A DNA stretch of 64,000 nt from Actinobacteria bacterium HGW-Actinobacteria-5. GTDB taxonomy: Bacteria; Actinomycetota; Actinomycetes; Propionibacteriales; Propionibacteriaceae. The notes below the pieces were generated by a model. That model worked only from the letters and a program-made list of their open reading frames with translations, was not told where the DNA came from and did not search any database. The stretch covers positions 7,890-71,889 of the forward strand of contig PHEV01000003.1 of assembly GCA_002843035.1 (NCBI GenBank). Reading direction: 5' to 3'. Below, in pieces: positions 27,271 through 36,386 of the stretch. Each line of letters opens with the position of its first letter. Within the stretch, counting starts at the first letter, position 1. The translations under genes and the position numbers were made by a program.

Positions 27271-28254
27271 ATGCCTGAGCCCTTCTTCGACGACGACCTG
27301 GTGACGCTGTATCACGGCCACGCCGGCGACGTGTTGGCCGGTCTGGCATCGAGCAGCGTGGGATGCATCGTCACCAGTCCGCCTTACTACGGTCTGCGCG
27401 ACTATGGGGCGCCGGGACAGATCGGAGCTGAGCCGACGCCGGAGGAGTATGTGGCCGCGCTGGTGCGGGTCTTCGGTGAGGCGCGGCGTGTGCTCAACCC
27501 TGACGGCACCTTGTGGCTGGTGATGGGGGACGCCTACTCCTCGGGCAGGCGGGCAGCGTCCAACCTCGCTTCCTGGTCGTCGGTGAACGGACGTGGCGGC
27601 GCGCACCGGATCAGGGAAGCGCAGCGGGGGCGGCATGGCGCCAGCGATCTGCCGCCGAAGAACCTGATGGGGATGCCGTGGCGGGTTGCGTTCGCCCTGC
27701 AGGACGACGGCTGGATTCTGCGGAACGAGATCGTGTGGGTGAAGCCGAACCCGATGCCCGAATCGGTGAAGGACCGGTTCAGCTGCACCCACGAGTCGAT
27801 CTTCATGTTCAGCAGGAGCCGTCGGTACTGGTTCGACCTGGACTCGCTGCGGCTGCCGCACTCGATGCGTCCGCAGCGTCGCCCCAACGGTCGCCCGTCC
27901 GACGCCACGCCGCGGCTCGGACAGCCTCGCCAGTCCTGGTCGACGTCGGTCCGCGATGAGGTCGGTGTGGATGGGCACCCGGCTGGCAGGAACCCGGGCG
28001 ATGTGTGGACCATCCCGACCGCGCCCTTCTCCGCCGCCCATTTCGCGGTGTTCCCTCCTGAGATCCCGCGCCGCGCTATCCGCGCAGGCTGCCGGCCGGG
28101 CTGCACAGTCCTGGACGTGTTCTCCGGCTCCGGAACGACTGGACTCGCCGCGGCCGAGCTGGGTCATCGTTACGTTGGCATCGACATCAACGCTGAGTAC
28201 CTTGGCTTGAGCCTGCGGACCCGTTTGGAGCAGCCTTCGCTGATCATCAAGTAG
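27271..28254 (+). CDS. orphan DNA methyltransferase, beta class (N4-C/N6-A, ParB-less)
   Basis: Motif IV is VTSPPYYGLRDY. The motif is near the N-terminus. The AdoMet motif VLDVFSGSGTTGLAA is near the C-terminus. No adjacent nuclease gene is present. Confidence 0.85.
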   Translation: MPEPFFDDDLVTLYHGHAGDVLAGLASSSVGCIVTSPPYYGLRDYGAPGQIGAEPTPEEYVAALVRVFGEARRVLNPDGTLWLVMGDAYSSGRRAASNLASWSSVNGRGGAHRIREAQRGRHGASDLPPKNLMGMPWRVAFALQDDGWILRNEIVWVKPNPMPESVKDRFSCTHESIFMFSRSRRYWFDLDSLRLPHSMRPQRRPNGRPSDATPRLGQPRQSWSTSVRDEVGVDGHPAGRNPGDVWTIPTAPFSAAHFAVFPPEIPRRAIRAGCRPGCTVLDVFSGSGTTGLAAAELGHRYVGIDINAEYLGLSLRTRLEQPSLIIK

Positions 28255-28457
28255 ATCGTGCGCGGCTTCCTCACTGGCGGACACCAAGCGGTAGCCGCGA
28301 TCTGCCGGTGATCGATGCGACGAGGGTGCGTCCGGGGCGGGCCGCAACCATACCCACCCCCAGGCGGTGGACCCTGCCCCGGACGCTGTGTGCCGAGTCT
28401 AGAACGAGCTTGGCCTTGGCCGGGAAAGCGCTGTCGGGGCCTTGTGTGCCAAGGCGA

Positions 28458-28471
28458 TATTCCGCGGAATA
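28458..28471. repeat. TATTCCGCGGAATA palindrome copy 2
   Basis: Exact 14-mer lying between the convergent methyltransferase gene (stop 28254) and the Xis-like gene (stop 28489). Confidence 0.95.
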
Positions 28472-28488
28472 ATCCGGCCGGTCGCGCG

Positions 28489-28710
28489 TTAGCTGGTGGC
28501 GCGGCGGCGGCCGCGGCCGGGCCGGTCCCAGGAGGCGATGGTGGACTCTGACCACCAAGGGCCGGCTTTGTCGTAGCCGGTCGCGGCGGGCATCTCGCCG
28601 CGGGCGTGGTAGGCGCGCACCGTGGACTCCGCGATCTTGAATCGGTGGGCGATGTCGGCGACGCGCAGCGCGACGTCTCCGGGTTCTGGTGCGGCCACGG
28701 GACGAATCAT
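28489..28710 (-). CDS. excisionase/MerR-type HTH DNA-binding protein
   Basis: The internal ATG at 28710 is where GC3 rises. The HTH segment is VADIAHRFKIAESTVRAYHARGEMP. The tail is basic. Confidence 0.65.
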   Translation of the reverse strand: MIRPVAAPEPGDVALRVADIAHRFKIAESTVRAYHARGEMPAATGYDKAGPWWSESTIASWDRPGRGRRRATS

Positions 28711-28737
28711 ACAACTCGCGCTGCATCTTCCATTGGT

Positions 28738-28753
28738 TACAGCGTGCGCTGTA
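28738..28753. promoter_or_regulatory. near-perfect 16-bp palindrome TACAGCGTGCGCTGTA in a divergent promoter region
   Basis: It lies between the 28710 (-) and 28764 (+) starts. A related GCGCTGCA half-site sits about 20 bp upstream. Confidence 0.35.
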
Positions 28754-28763
28754 TTGTGGTGCC

Positions 28764-29108
28764 ATGAGTCAGACGGGAGCATCTCCAGAGGTTGTGGCAC
28801 AGATCGTCCAAGCGCTGCCGCTGTCGGTGATCCGGATGCCGCACGCGACCGCGATCGAGCATTGCACTGCGCTCGTCGCGCCGTGGCCGGGGGTGCGGCT
28901 CGAAACCGTTCAGTGGGCCGGCCGGACTGCGGATCTCGAGATTCTGCGGACGGCGGGCGGCGCCCACGAACTGACGGTGTTCGGCATCGTGGGTGGCCAT
29001 CGGACGGTGCTCCTTCATCGGGCCGGCCTGGAGCTGGTGGAGTTGGCCCTGGTGCTCACCGCCGATTTGACCCGTGCTGCTGCGAAGAGAGCAGCAGCAC
29101 ATGTCTGA
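28764..29108 (+). CDS. hypothetical protein
   Basis: The ATG at 28764 lies within ORF 28689..29108. GC3 is high. Confidence 0.55.
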   Translation: MSQTGASPEVVAQIVQALPLSVIRMPHATAIEHCTALVAPWPGVRLETVQWAGRTADLEILRTAGGAHELTVFGIVGGHRTVLLHRAGLELVELALVLTADLTRAAAKRAAAHV

Positions 29109-29178
29109 ACACACCGCCGCAGCCGGCGCCATTGTCACCGCTGTCGGCGAAGATTGAGCCGAACCACAGAAGGAAGAG

Positions 29179-30117
29179 TTGATCATGACCGAATCGGGCG
29201 TCGACCACGTTGACCAGGTCGCTGTTGCGATCAGCGCACTGACCGTGGCCGCGCGTGCTCGCCGCGTCGTCGGCGCCGGCACCGCGGACGAGCACACCGA
29301 GCCCGTCGACGCCGCCGAGATGATCTGCCGTGTCGTCGCGTCCGTGGCCGCGAACTTGGGCGGTGCCGACCAACTCCTCGCCGGTCGGCCGGGGTCCTGG
29401 GAGGCCGGCTACGTCCGACAGATCGTTGACAGCACTGCGGGCAGCGACGAGCAGGACTTGATGCGCTGGCGCACTGAGCCGGTCCGGCTCGAGTTCGACG
29501 TCGAGGACACGTTCATGGACATGGGCATCTACGAGTTGTATGAGGAGGAGTCTGCTGATGCTCAGGATGCCCACCAGGCGGCACGGGTAGCGGTGTTCGA
29601 GGGGGCGGCAACTTCCGAGGAGCTGGCCCGCGCCCGCGAGCTGGAGGCGGCACTCAACGGGGTTCTCGGGACCGCCCTTGACGAGGCCGAGACGGCTCGT
29701 GTTACTGCGCGCTTCCAGGAGTACGACGATCTCTACGCGAGGGTCTGGAAGCGCGCTGAGGCAGCCGGCGGGCCCTTGCTCGAGTCGGCGGCAGCGGCGC
29801 AACGCCTCAGCGATGAGATGGACGAGTTGTGGGAGGCCGACAAGCTTGCCTACCGCGACGCCTACGCCAGTGCCGCCCGCCAGATGCTCACGGATCGCGG
29901 CCTGGGCCAGCTCGCCGTTGAACTCGTCGACGTGGAGGCTGGCGATCCCTGGGTGTGGGACGACCTCACCGAGGACCTTCACGAGCATGCACGCAAGAGC
30001 GCGGCGCTGCCCATGACTGGTCAGGCGCCGGACTGGACCGATGGTCGCCCGGCCGACGCGCTCCGTCGTGCGGGTCGGACCTACGCCGATCGTGCCGCCA
30101 CGAACAACGCGGGCTGA
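29179..30117 (+). CDS. strongly acidic hypothetical protein
   Basis: SD gaaggaag is present. Asp/Glu-rich stretches include EFDVEDTFMDMGIYELYEEESADAQDA. Confidence 0.65.
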   Translation: MIMTESGVDHVDQVAVAISALTVAARARRVVGAGTADEHTEPVDAAEMICRVVASVAANLGGADQLLAGRPGSWEAGYVRQIVDSTAGSDEQDLMRWRTEPVRLEFDVEDTFMDMGIYELYEEESADAQDAHQAARVAVFEGAATSEELARARELEAALNGVLGTALDEAETARVTARFQEYDDLYARVWKRAEAAGGPLLESAAAAQRLSDEMDELWEADKLAYRDAYASAARQMLTDRGLGQLAVELVDVEAGDPWVWDDLTEDLHEHARKSAALPMTGQAPDWTDGRPADALRRAGRTYADRAATNNAG

Positions 30118-30161
30118 TTCCACGCTCGCTGAATCTGAACCAACAGGGGAAGGAACCCAGG

Positions 30162-30485
30162 ATGAAGTTCAACGCCAATGCTCTGGACGGAGGTGTTGGG
30201 CGACTGACGCGCAGGATCAACTTCCTGGACGATCAGGGAGTCGTGGCCAGCATCTCCAGCGAGGCCAGTAGCGGAACCGTGACGTGGAACGTCTCCGATT
30301 CCCCGGCTGGCCTTACCCAGGACATCGCTGTGGCTGCTGAGCAGGTCGCCAGGATGCTGCACCACTATCGGGACTGCAGCCTGGTTCTCTATCCAGACAC
30401 CGCTCATACGATGCGAGGTGACGAGTCCAGTTCGGCCGACGTGTACCCACCGGGCCGGCAGCCGCGGATCATCGTCGAGCGTTGA
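30162..30485 (+). CDS. hypothetical protein
   Basis: SD ggggaaggaa is followed by the ATG at 30162. Confidence 0.6.
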   Translation: MKFNANALDGGVGRLTRRINFLDDQGVVASISSEASSGTVTWNVSDSPAGLTQDIAVAAEQVARMLHHYRDCSLVLYPDTAHTMRGDESSSADVYPPGRQPRIIVER

Positions 30486-30594
30486 CCGGGGTTCGCAAGG
30501 CGTGCCGCGGCTAGCCCGCCAAGGGTGGTGGGCTTGAGTCTTGGTCGGGATCCTCGATTGCGCTGGGACTTCCCAGCGGTGCCACTATTAGAAC

Positions 30595-30930
30595 ATGGGC
30601 TCTAATCGACGCTACCCACAGTTGGGTCCGCAACTCGCTGAGGAACGGGAGTTACGCGAGGCTCGTGAGAGCGGCCCTCTGCAGTCACTGACGGACGGCC
30701 AGCTCAGGCTTTGCCGCGAGGTTGTCTCGATCGTTCCGGACGGTGCGGAGATGTGGGGCCGCGCCTGGCTTCGCTTCGGTTCCGTCGACGTGCGTGCGTG
30801 CGTCCGGGTGATGCGGTGGACATCGGACGCGGTGGGGGTGGAGGTTGAGGTGAGCGGCGATCGGCTGCGCTGCTGGGTTTGGCAGGGGGCGGTGGAGCAT
30901 CTGGCGAGCAGAGAAGATGCGTGGCGGTAG
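30595..30930 (+). CDS. hypothetical protein
   Basis: ORF with coding-like composition in a stretch of lower GC. Confidence 0.5.
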   Translation: MGSNRRYPQLGPQLAEERELREARESGPLQSLTDGQLRLCREVVSIVPDGAEMWGRAWLRFGSVDVRACVRVMRWTSDAVGVEVEVSGDRLRCWVWQGAVEHLASREDAWR

Positions 30931-31033
30931 AAGCGATTCGGATGACCCACCTCGGCTGCACTACCAACAGTTCGTCCAACGCGGAAGGCGAGTCGGCTTG
31001 GACGCGCGACCCAGGCACCGACACCATTGCGCA

Positions 31034-31294
31034 ATGGACAACTCGGTGCTCGTTGGTCTCTACGGTAGGTCGGAACGATGGGGCGATCGCTGGGCCGTCG
31101 AGTGCGCTCGCACCGATGAGAAGGAGGTTGTCCGACGCCTTTCGACGGCCAAACTGAAGCCCGTCAGGGTGAGTCGATCACAGCATGGCTCGCCACTGGG
31201 ATACCCGGTCATCGCGATAGACGTAGATGCCGATGATGGCGAGGCGGTTCGGCAGGTCCTGGATGCATTGGGCTTCGTGGTCGGTCAGCCGTAA
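31034..31294 (+). CDS. hypothetical protein
   Basis: The internal ATG at 31034 gives MDNSVLVGLYG.... The upstream part of ORF 30917 overlaps the previous gene. Confidence 0.45.
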   Translation: MDNSVLVGLYGRSERWGDRWAVECARTDEKEVVRRLSTAKLKPVRVSRSQHGSPLGYPVIAIDVDADDGEAVRQVLDALGFVVGQP

Positions 31295-31360
31295 CCCGCG
31301 AGGTTGGTGTCAAGTTGATTCAGCCGTCGGGCCCTGCTCAGCTGTGTCAGGCTTGGGAAC

Positions 31361-31690
31361 ATGACTTATCAGGCGAGCATCCATCTCGACACCATGTCCG
31401 GCGCGAATAGGAACGCGTATACAAGGCTCCTCAACGCCCTTGATCAGGCTGGGTGGGAGTACGTCGAGACCTCCGCCATGGCGCTGATCGACGGTAGCTG
31501 GCCCGAAGTCCTCGAGGCTTTCGAACTTCTTGCTAGGGGACTCCCGGCGGTAGGGGGTGTGTCGTCGCTCGCTGTTCAAGTTCAACTCACTCCGGACGAC
31601 CATGTCGCGCGTAAGCCGCCCGGCGCAGCGAATCACAGCCGAGCGCGACGCAACATCCTTGGGCTTCCGCTTCCGAGTGGAGGACGCTGA
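31361..31690 (+). CDS. hypothetical protein, possible VapD/Cas2-like small ferredoxin fold (tentative)
   Basis: The pattern YQASIHLD...AYTRLLNALDQAGWEYVETSAMAL resembles the beta-alpha-beta start of VapD/Cas2 proteins. This is a resemblance only. Confidence 0.45.
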   Translation: MTYQASIHLDTMSGANRNAYTRLLNALDQAGWEYVETSAMALIDGSWPEVLEAFELLARGLPAVGGVSSLAVQVQLTPDDHVARKPPGAANHSRARRNILGLPLPSGGR

Positions 31691-32039
31691 GGGGCTCGTC
31701 CCGTCGAGGAACGGCGCCGACCCCACGAGCGAGATGGTTCGGCGTGAAGGCGGTCCAAACCTTCCCTATTGGTCGCGTCTCGGGGCGGGTGACGTCGGTG
31801 GCTCGCGAACCTAGCGGGACACAACCGCGTGCGCTTCACAAACGGTCGTTATCGGACGGGTCGCCGGCCGCCTTTCCGCGAGATGCGGTCGAGCGTGCGG
31901 GTACCAACCGAAACTGCCAACCGAAACCTTTCGGGCCGCCGAAACCAGACATACCGTTTTCGGCGCGTCGTCGCTGGCCTTGGGTCATCGGCGGTGTACG
32001 AGTGTGGGGGAGAGGGGTGGAGCGTGCCCTCGGCAGGGG

Positions 32040-32609
32040 ATGGAGGTCAGGGTGGCGAGCGTGATCGGCTACGCGAGGGTGTCTACGAAGGATCAGAATC
32101 CGGACGCCCAGGAGGCCGAGCTGCGAGCAGCTGGTGCCGAGCGGGTGTTCGTCGACCGTGGGGAGTCTTCCCGTGTCGCTGACCGTCCGCAGTGGGTCGC
32201 TTGCCAGGACTATCTGCGTTCGGGCGACACCCTCATGGTGCGTTCCCTGGATCGGCTCGCCGGAACGACCACCTTGGCCATTCAGACGATCACCATGCTG
32301 GGTGAGCGGGGCATCAACATCAAGAGCCTTACCGAGCCGGACATCGACACGACCACTCCGATGGGTCGGGCGCTGTTCGGCATCGTGGCGGTGTTCGCGC
32401 AGCTCCGCGTTGACCAGATCAGGGAGAACACCCGGCGGGGCCTGGCGAACGCTCGGGCGCAGGGCCGCGTCGGCGGGCGTCCGACGGTGATGAGTGCGGA
32501 GCGGATCGCCCAGGCGGAGAGGATGCGCGGCGAAGGGAAGAGCTATGCCGCCATCGCCCGCACTCTGGGTGTGGGCGCATCCTCGGTCTCGAGGGCTCTG
32601 GGCGGGTAG
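32040..32609 (+). CDS. small serine recombinase (resolvase/invertase family)
   Basis: VIGYARVSTKDQNPDAQ contains the catalytic Ser motif. SLDRLAGT is present, and a C-terminal HTH reads KSYAAIARTLGVGASSVSRAL. The start could be 32040 (ATG) or 32061 (GTG). Confidence 0.85.
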   Translation: MEVRVASVIGYARVSTKDQNPDAQEAELRAAGAERVFVDRGESSRVADRPQWVACQDYLRSGDTLMVRSLDRLAGTTTLAIQTITMLGERGINIKSLTEPDIDTTTPMGRALFGIVAVFAQLRVDQIRENTRRGLANARAQGRVGGRPTVMSAERIAQAERMRGEGKSYAAIARTLGVGASSVSRALGG

Positions 32610-32638
32610 CAGGGACAGCGCCGTCGAGGAGCGGGTTT

Positions 32639-33631
32639 TCAGGGGAGTGCTGCTGCGGCCTGTTCGAGGTGGCGCACCCCGGTGGTGAACCCGGCCAGTG
32701 TCATGCGGCTGTGGCCGTTCTGGAGCCCGCCCGGTTCGACGCTGATCTCCTCACGGCTGACGGTGACGAGGGTGTCGGGGACGAGGCGTTCGCGTGTGTG
32801 TGAGATCCAGGGCCACCGTTCGGCATTGGCTGGGGTTGCGCCTTGGGAGATCAGGAATGTTGGGTCGTAGATCGGGTCGCTGGTCACCTCGACGACCGCG
32901 TAGCAGGCGTGGGCCTGCTGTGCGTAGATGATGGCGAGGTCTCCTGGCTTGATCTTCGGCCGCCTCTTCGGGCTGGGGCTGGCGAACCAGGAGTCTCCTC
33001 GCCAGTGGCTCAGGTCAGGCTGTCCATGCTCTGCCTTGACCCACAGGGTCCGTGACGGGTCCCGTGCGTCGGTGAGTAGCCGGTCGACGGTCAGGGCGAC
33101 CGAGTCGGCGGCTGCCAGGTGCGGTGGTGGCGGCTTGCTGTATGCCTCGGCTTCTTGTTCCAGCAGGTCGAGGTCGGCCCAGGTCGCGTCGGTGAGTGCC
33201 CAGGCGAGCATCATGGTCCGTGCCTGTGCGATCTGGTCTGGGGTGAGACGGACGCTGAGTTCGGCGTTGGGATTCGCCATCCCGGTCCCGGGGGCGGTCA
33301 GGTTCCCGGAGCCGATGAGGCCGAAGTCGTCGCCCACCAGGTAGGTCTTCGCGTGCAGGGCGGGCGCCCAGGAGACGGCTACTCCGGCGGCCAGCAGCGA
33401 ACGGAGACCGGGGACGTTGAGCATGCCGCCTCGTACGGCCACCGGGTCGCGCTTCGAGATGACTCGCCAGCCGACGGGTGAACCCTGAGCTGCTCTCGCG
33501 ATCCGGCTGGCGACTGGATAGGTGATGTATGGAGCCGCGAGAAGGACGTCGCCGGCGGGGTCAGCCAAGGCGTTGAACAGCGTTTCATGGATGCAGGCGA
33601 GTACGGAGGCGTCGGCGGCGATCACGCACAC
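32639..33631 (-). CDS. single-HKD phospholipase-D-family nuclease fused to a C-terminal PUA-like (EVE/ASCH-type) domain
   Basis: HKD motif is HAKTYLVGDDFGLIGSGNLT. The C-terminal LWVKAEHG...KIKPGDLAIIYAQQAHACYAVVEVTSDPIYDP...ERWPW has the beta-barrel pattern of EVE/ASCH domains. The first ~65 codons of the listed ORF are Arg/Pro junk. The start is approximately a GTG at 33631 or 33625. Confidence 0.65.
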   Translation of the reverse strand: MCVIAADASVLACIHETLFNALADPAGDVLLAAPYITYPVASRIARAAQGSPVGWRVISKRDPVAVRGGMLNVPGLRSLLAAGVAVSWAPALHAKTYLVGDDFGLIGSGNLTAPGTGMANPNAELSVRLTPDQIAQARTMMLAWALTDATWADLDLLEQEAEAYSKPPPPHLAAADSVALTVDRLLTDARDPSRTLWVKAEHGQPDLSHWRGDSWFASPSPKRRPKIKPGDLAIIYAQQAHACYAVVEVTSDPIYDPTFLISQGATPANAERWPWISHTRERLVPDTLVTVSREEISVEPGGLQNGHSRMTLAGFTTGVRHLEQAAAALP

Positions 33632-33863
33632 CAACCTAGTGCGACCACAGCGTCGAACTCGCCGCAGCTGCCCCGAACCCGGAGCTGGTGGCCGCCGACA
33701 GCCGGCCCGGTCTCCTGGGGGTTCTGTCCGGATCGCAGCACCGTGACGGCGTAAGGAGCGATGGTGCCGCCGCAGCGGTTTGTCCACAGGTCGCGAACAC
33801 GGTTGGCCGATTGGGGTGCCGTCCACAGAAAGTGACCGGTGTCAGCAGAGGAAGGAACAGTAG

Positions 33864-34226
33864 ATGGACGCTCTGGAGCTTACGGCGAGGCGGGAGGCGC
33901 TCGGCCTGGACCAGGAGGGCCTGGCGGAGCTTCTGCACTGGGAGACCGCGGCCGTTGTGGAGTGCGAGGCGGTGGGCAGGGACATCACCGCCGAGGTGGA
34001 CGAGAAGCTGGAGGAGCTGGAGTTCGCTCGCGACACGATCGCCGGCGTGTTGGAGGACTCACTCCCCGGTGACGTGTGTACGTACTCCACCGACGAGGCG
34101 TTCTGGGCGGCCTGGCCCCAGATGCGCGGCGTGCCGGCCAAGATCCATCGGATCGCCGCCGCTGACGCGCTGCGGAGCGCGAGATGGGCCGGGGTCCACA
34201 CACGAATCGTGGCCGCCCAGCATTGA
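33864..34226 (+). CDS. XRE-like HTH protein
   Basis: SD agaggaagga is present. The N-terminal segment is LTARREALGLDQEGLAELL. Confidence 0.6.
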   Translation: MDALELTARREALGLDQEGLAELLHWETAAVVECEAVGRDITAEVDEKLEELEFARDTIAGVLEDSLPGDVCTYSTDEAFWAAWPQMRGVPAKIHRIAAADALRSARWAGVHTRIVAAQH

Positions 34227-34241
34227 TGGGGGCAGTGAGCG

Positions 34242-35492
34242 ATGGACGAGCTGCCACGGGCACTGCCGCTCCTGACCGCCGACGAAGAAGTTCGGTTGGC
34301 CCGACTGATCGAGGCGGGCGTCGCCGCGTCGGCAGTTCTGGCTGGACACCGGCTGCGAGTCGAGGCCAGCCGTGCCGAGCTGGAGCGGATAGTGGGCGAA
34401 GGCGAGAAGGCACGCGAACGGTTCCTGCTGTCGAATCTGCGGCTGGTGGTGTTCGCTGTTGGCGGGCTGAGTAGCCGGGTTCCAGGCGGCCTGCGGGATG
34501 ACGTGTTCCAGGAGGGTGTGGCCGCGCTGGCTGAGGCGCTGCGTGGCTATGACTGGCGGCGTGGCCGGTTTTCGACGCTGGCACTGAGGAACGTCCGGTG
34601 GAGGGTTGAGGAGTACGTGGCGGGCGCCGGCGGCTCGTTGGGGGTGCCCGCTGGTCGGGCGATGGTGATCCGCCGTGCCCGGTCGATCGCTGCCCGTCTG
34701 GAGTCCGAGTCGGGTCGGCCGGCCAAGGCCAGTGAGGTGGCGGCCGAACTGGGTCGCGACGTCGCGTCGACCGAGTCGTTGCTGCGGCACCAGCCAGCGA
34801 TGTCGATCGAGGCGATGCCGCCTGAGCTTCAAAAGCGGACACTCGCCGCCGCGCCGGCCGGCGGTCCGGGCGAGGCTCTGAGGCCGGATGTTCGGCGACT
34901 GCCGCGGAACCAGCGCGACGTGATCACCCTGCGCTTCGGGCTGACTGACGGCCGGCCTCGCAGCTGGCTCGAGGTCGCCGCCGAGACTGGCACGTCGGTG
35001 AGCACCGCCAAGAGGGCCTGCAAGCTCGGCCTCGCGACACTCCGCAACCCCGCACCCCAGCCGGCCGCCGAAGCCGCAGCGCTGGTACAGGCGCGCCGGA
35101 CTGCCGAGAGGTTGAAGGAGGTCGATCGGCTGAGTAAGGCGGGTCTGAGCCTGGTCGAGGTGGCGATCGCGCTCAAGGCCGAGCCTGTCGAGGTGCATGA
35201 CATGTGTGTGGCGGGTCGTCGGCAGGATCTGTTGGCCCGGTTCGGGCGGCTGGAGCAGAGCCACGGGTTCGAGCCGAGCCCCTACACGGCGCCGTATGTG
35301 GTGGAGACCGAAGAATCCGCCCGCAGACGTGCGCGGTTCCTGGCCGCCTCCCCAACGGAAGAACCGGCGACAACCCCGCCGCCGCTGGCACGGCCACGAC
35401 ACGAGACGGTCGCGCCACCGACGACCACGAACCTTCGCCGGCATCCTGATGGCCCCGGACAGCAGCCAGGCGGCAGGGGGATCGGCTGGTGA
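34242..35492 (+). CDS. sigma-70 family RNA polymerase sigma factor with C-terminal extension
   Basis: Region 2 reads FLLSNLRLVVFAV...DVFQEGVAALAEALRGYDWRRGRFSTLALRNVRWRV. Region 4 reads NQRDVITLRFGLTDGRPRSWLEVAAETGTSVSTAKRACKLGLATLR. Confidence 0.85.
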   Translation: MDELPRALPLLTADEEVRLARLIEAGVAASAVLAGHRLRVEASRAELERIVGEGEKARERFLLSNLRLVVFAVGGLSSRVPGGLRDDVFQEGVAALAEALRGYDWRRGRFSTLALRNVRWRVEEYVAGAGGSLGVPAGRAMVIRRARSIAARLESESGRPAKASEVAAELGRDVASTESLLRHQPAMSIEAMPPELQKRTLAAAPAGGPGEALRPDVRRLPRNQRDVITLRFGLTDGRPRSWLEVAAETGTSVSTAKRACKLGLATLRNPAPQPAAEAAALVQARRTAERLKEVDRLSKAGLSLVEVAIALKAEPVEVHDMCVAGRRQDLLARFGRLEQSHGFEPSPYTAPYVVETEESARRRARFLAASPTEEPATTPPPLARPRHETVAPPTTTNLRRHPDGPGQQPGGRGIGW

Positions 35493-35901
35493 ACGGGCCG
35501 ATGGGGGAAAGCCGGGAACGGCTGGTCATGTGCTGTAGCAGCCAACGAGAGCGATCCAGCCGAGGACCGACATGGTTGGCTACCCCGCCGATCGCGCTGG
35601 AGAGGCTCTGGCAGAAGCCGCACCCTTGCCCTGCTGGAGTGGCCGCTCCAGCGCCCCTCTCGCTGCTTGGGCCACTCCAAGCGCGCGACTGAGCAGCTCA
35701 CGGCCGCTCGAAGTCAGCGCTCGCCCAAGCCCAGACATGGTGTCCCGGGGGTGGACGGTGTTCTCGACAGTAGCTGGCCACCGTCGCGCGCAGAAAGACC
35801 CCTGGTGGGTGACCAGGGCGTCGATTCTGGGGCCGCTCTGGTTGTCCGGGGAAGAGGCCGTTTGTGGCTTACGGAAGGCAAGAGGCTGAAGGGAGCTGGC
35901 T

Positions 35902-36372
35902 GTGATCACGAATGAGGACCTTGCGCGGCAGTGGGCGGACCGGGAGGGGATTCGCTACTCCGATGCCTCGAAGTCGTTCGACGAGATTGCCCAGGACTAC
36001 CGGGCGGCCGCGTCCGAGTTCGATGTCAGGCTGGCCGCCGTGCGACGTGCCGCCCGCGAGGTGTGGGAGGCGATGGAAGGCGGAACGGTCGATGAGTCGG
36101 CCGGGGTGGATCCTTCCCGCCGCTACGGCGAGGCCGAGCACGCCCTGCAGCGCACCCAGGCGCGGCTTCAGCTCATCGAGGACGCCATCGAGTCCCGCGG
36201 CGGCTACATCTATCCGTACAGCGACCCCGCAACCGTCGTTGCGCCGGTTGGCGCCGACTGGCGCCCGCCCAGGGCAGCGGGGGAGCGCCAGTGGGAAGTG
36301 GTGAATCCCAACCGAACCCAGCGCGGGGATGAGCCGCCGACGCAGACTCGGGCTGTCGCTGTCGCTCCGTAG
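35902..36372 (+). CDS. hypothetical protein
   Basis: The GTG follows the SD aagggag. GC3 is high. Confidence 0.55.
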   Translation: MITNEDLARQWADREGIRYSDASKSFDEIAQDYRAAASEFDVRLAAVRRAAREVWEAMEGGTVDESAGVDPSRRYGEAEHALQRTQARLQLIEDAIESRGGYIYPYSDPATVVAPVGADWRPPRAAGERQWEVVNPNRTQRGDEPPTQTRAVAVAP

Positions 36373-36386
36373 ATCCCGGTCGCCCG

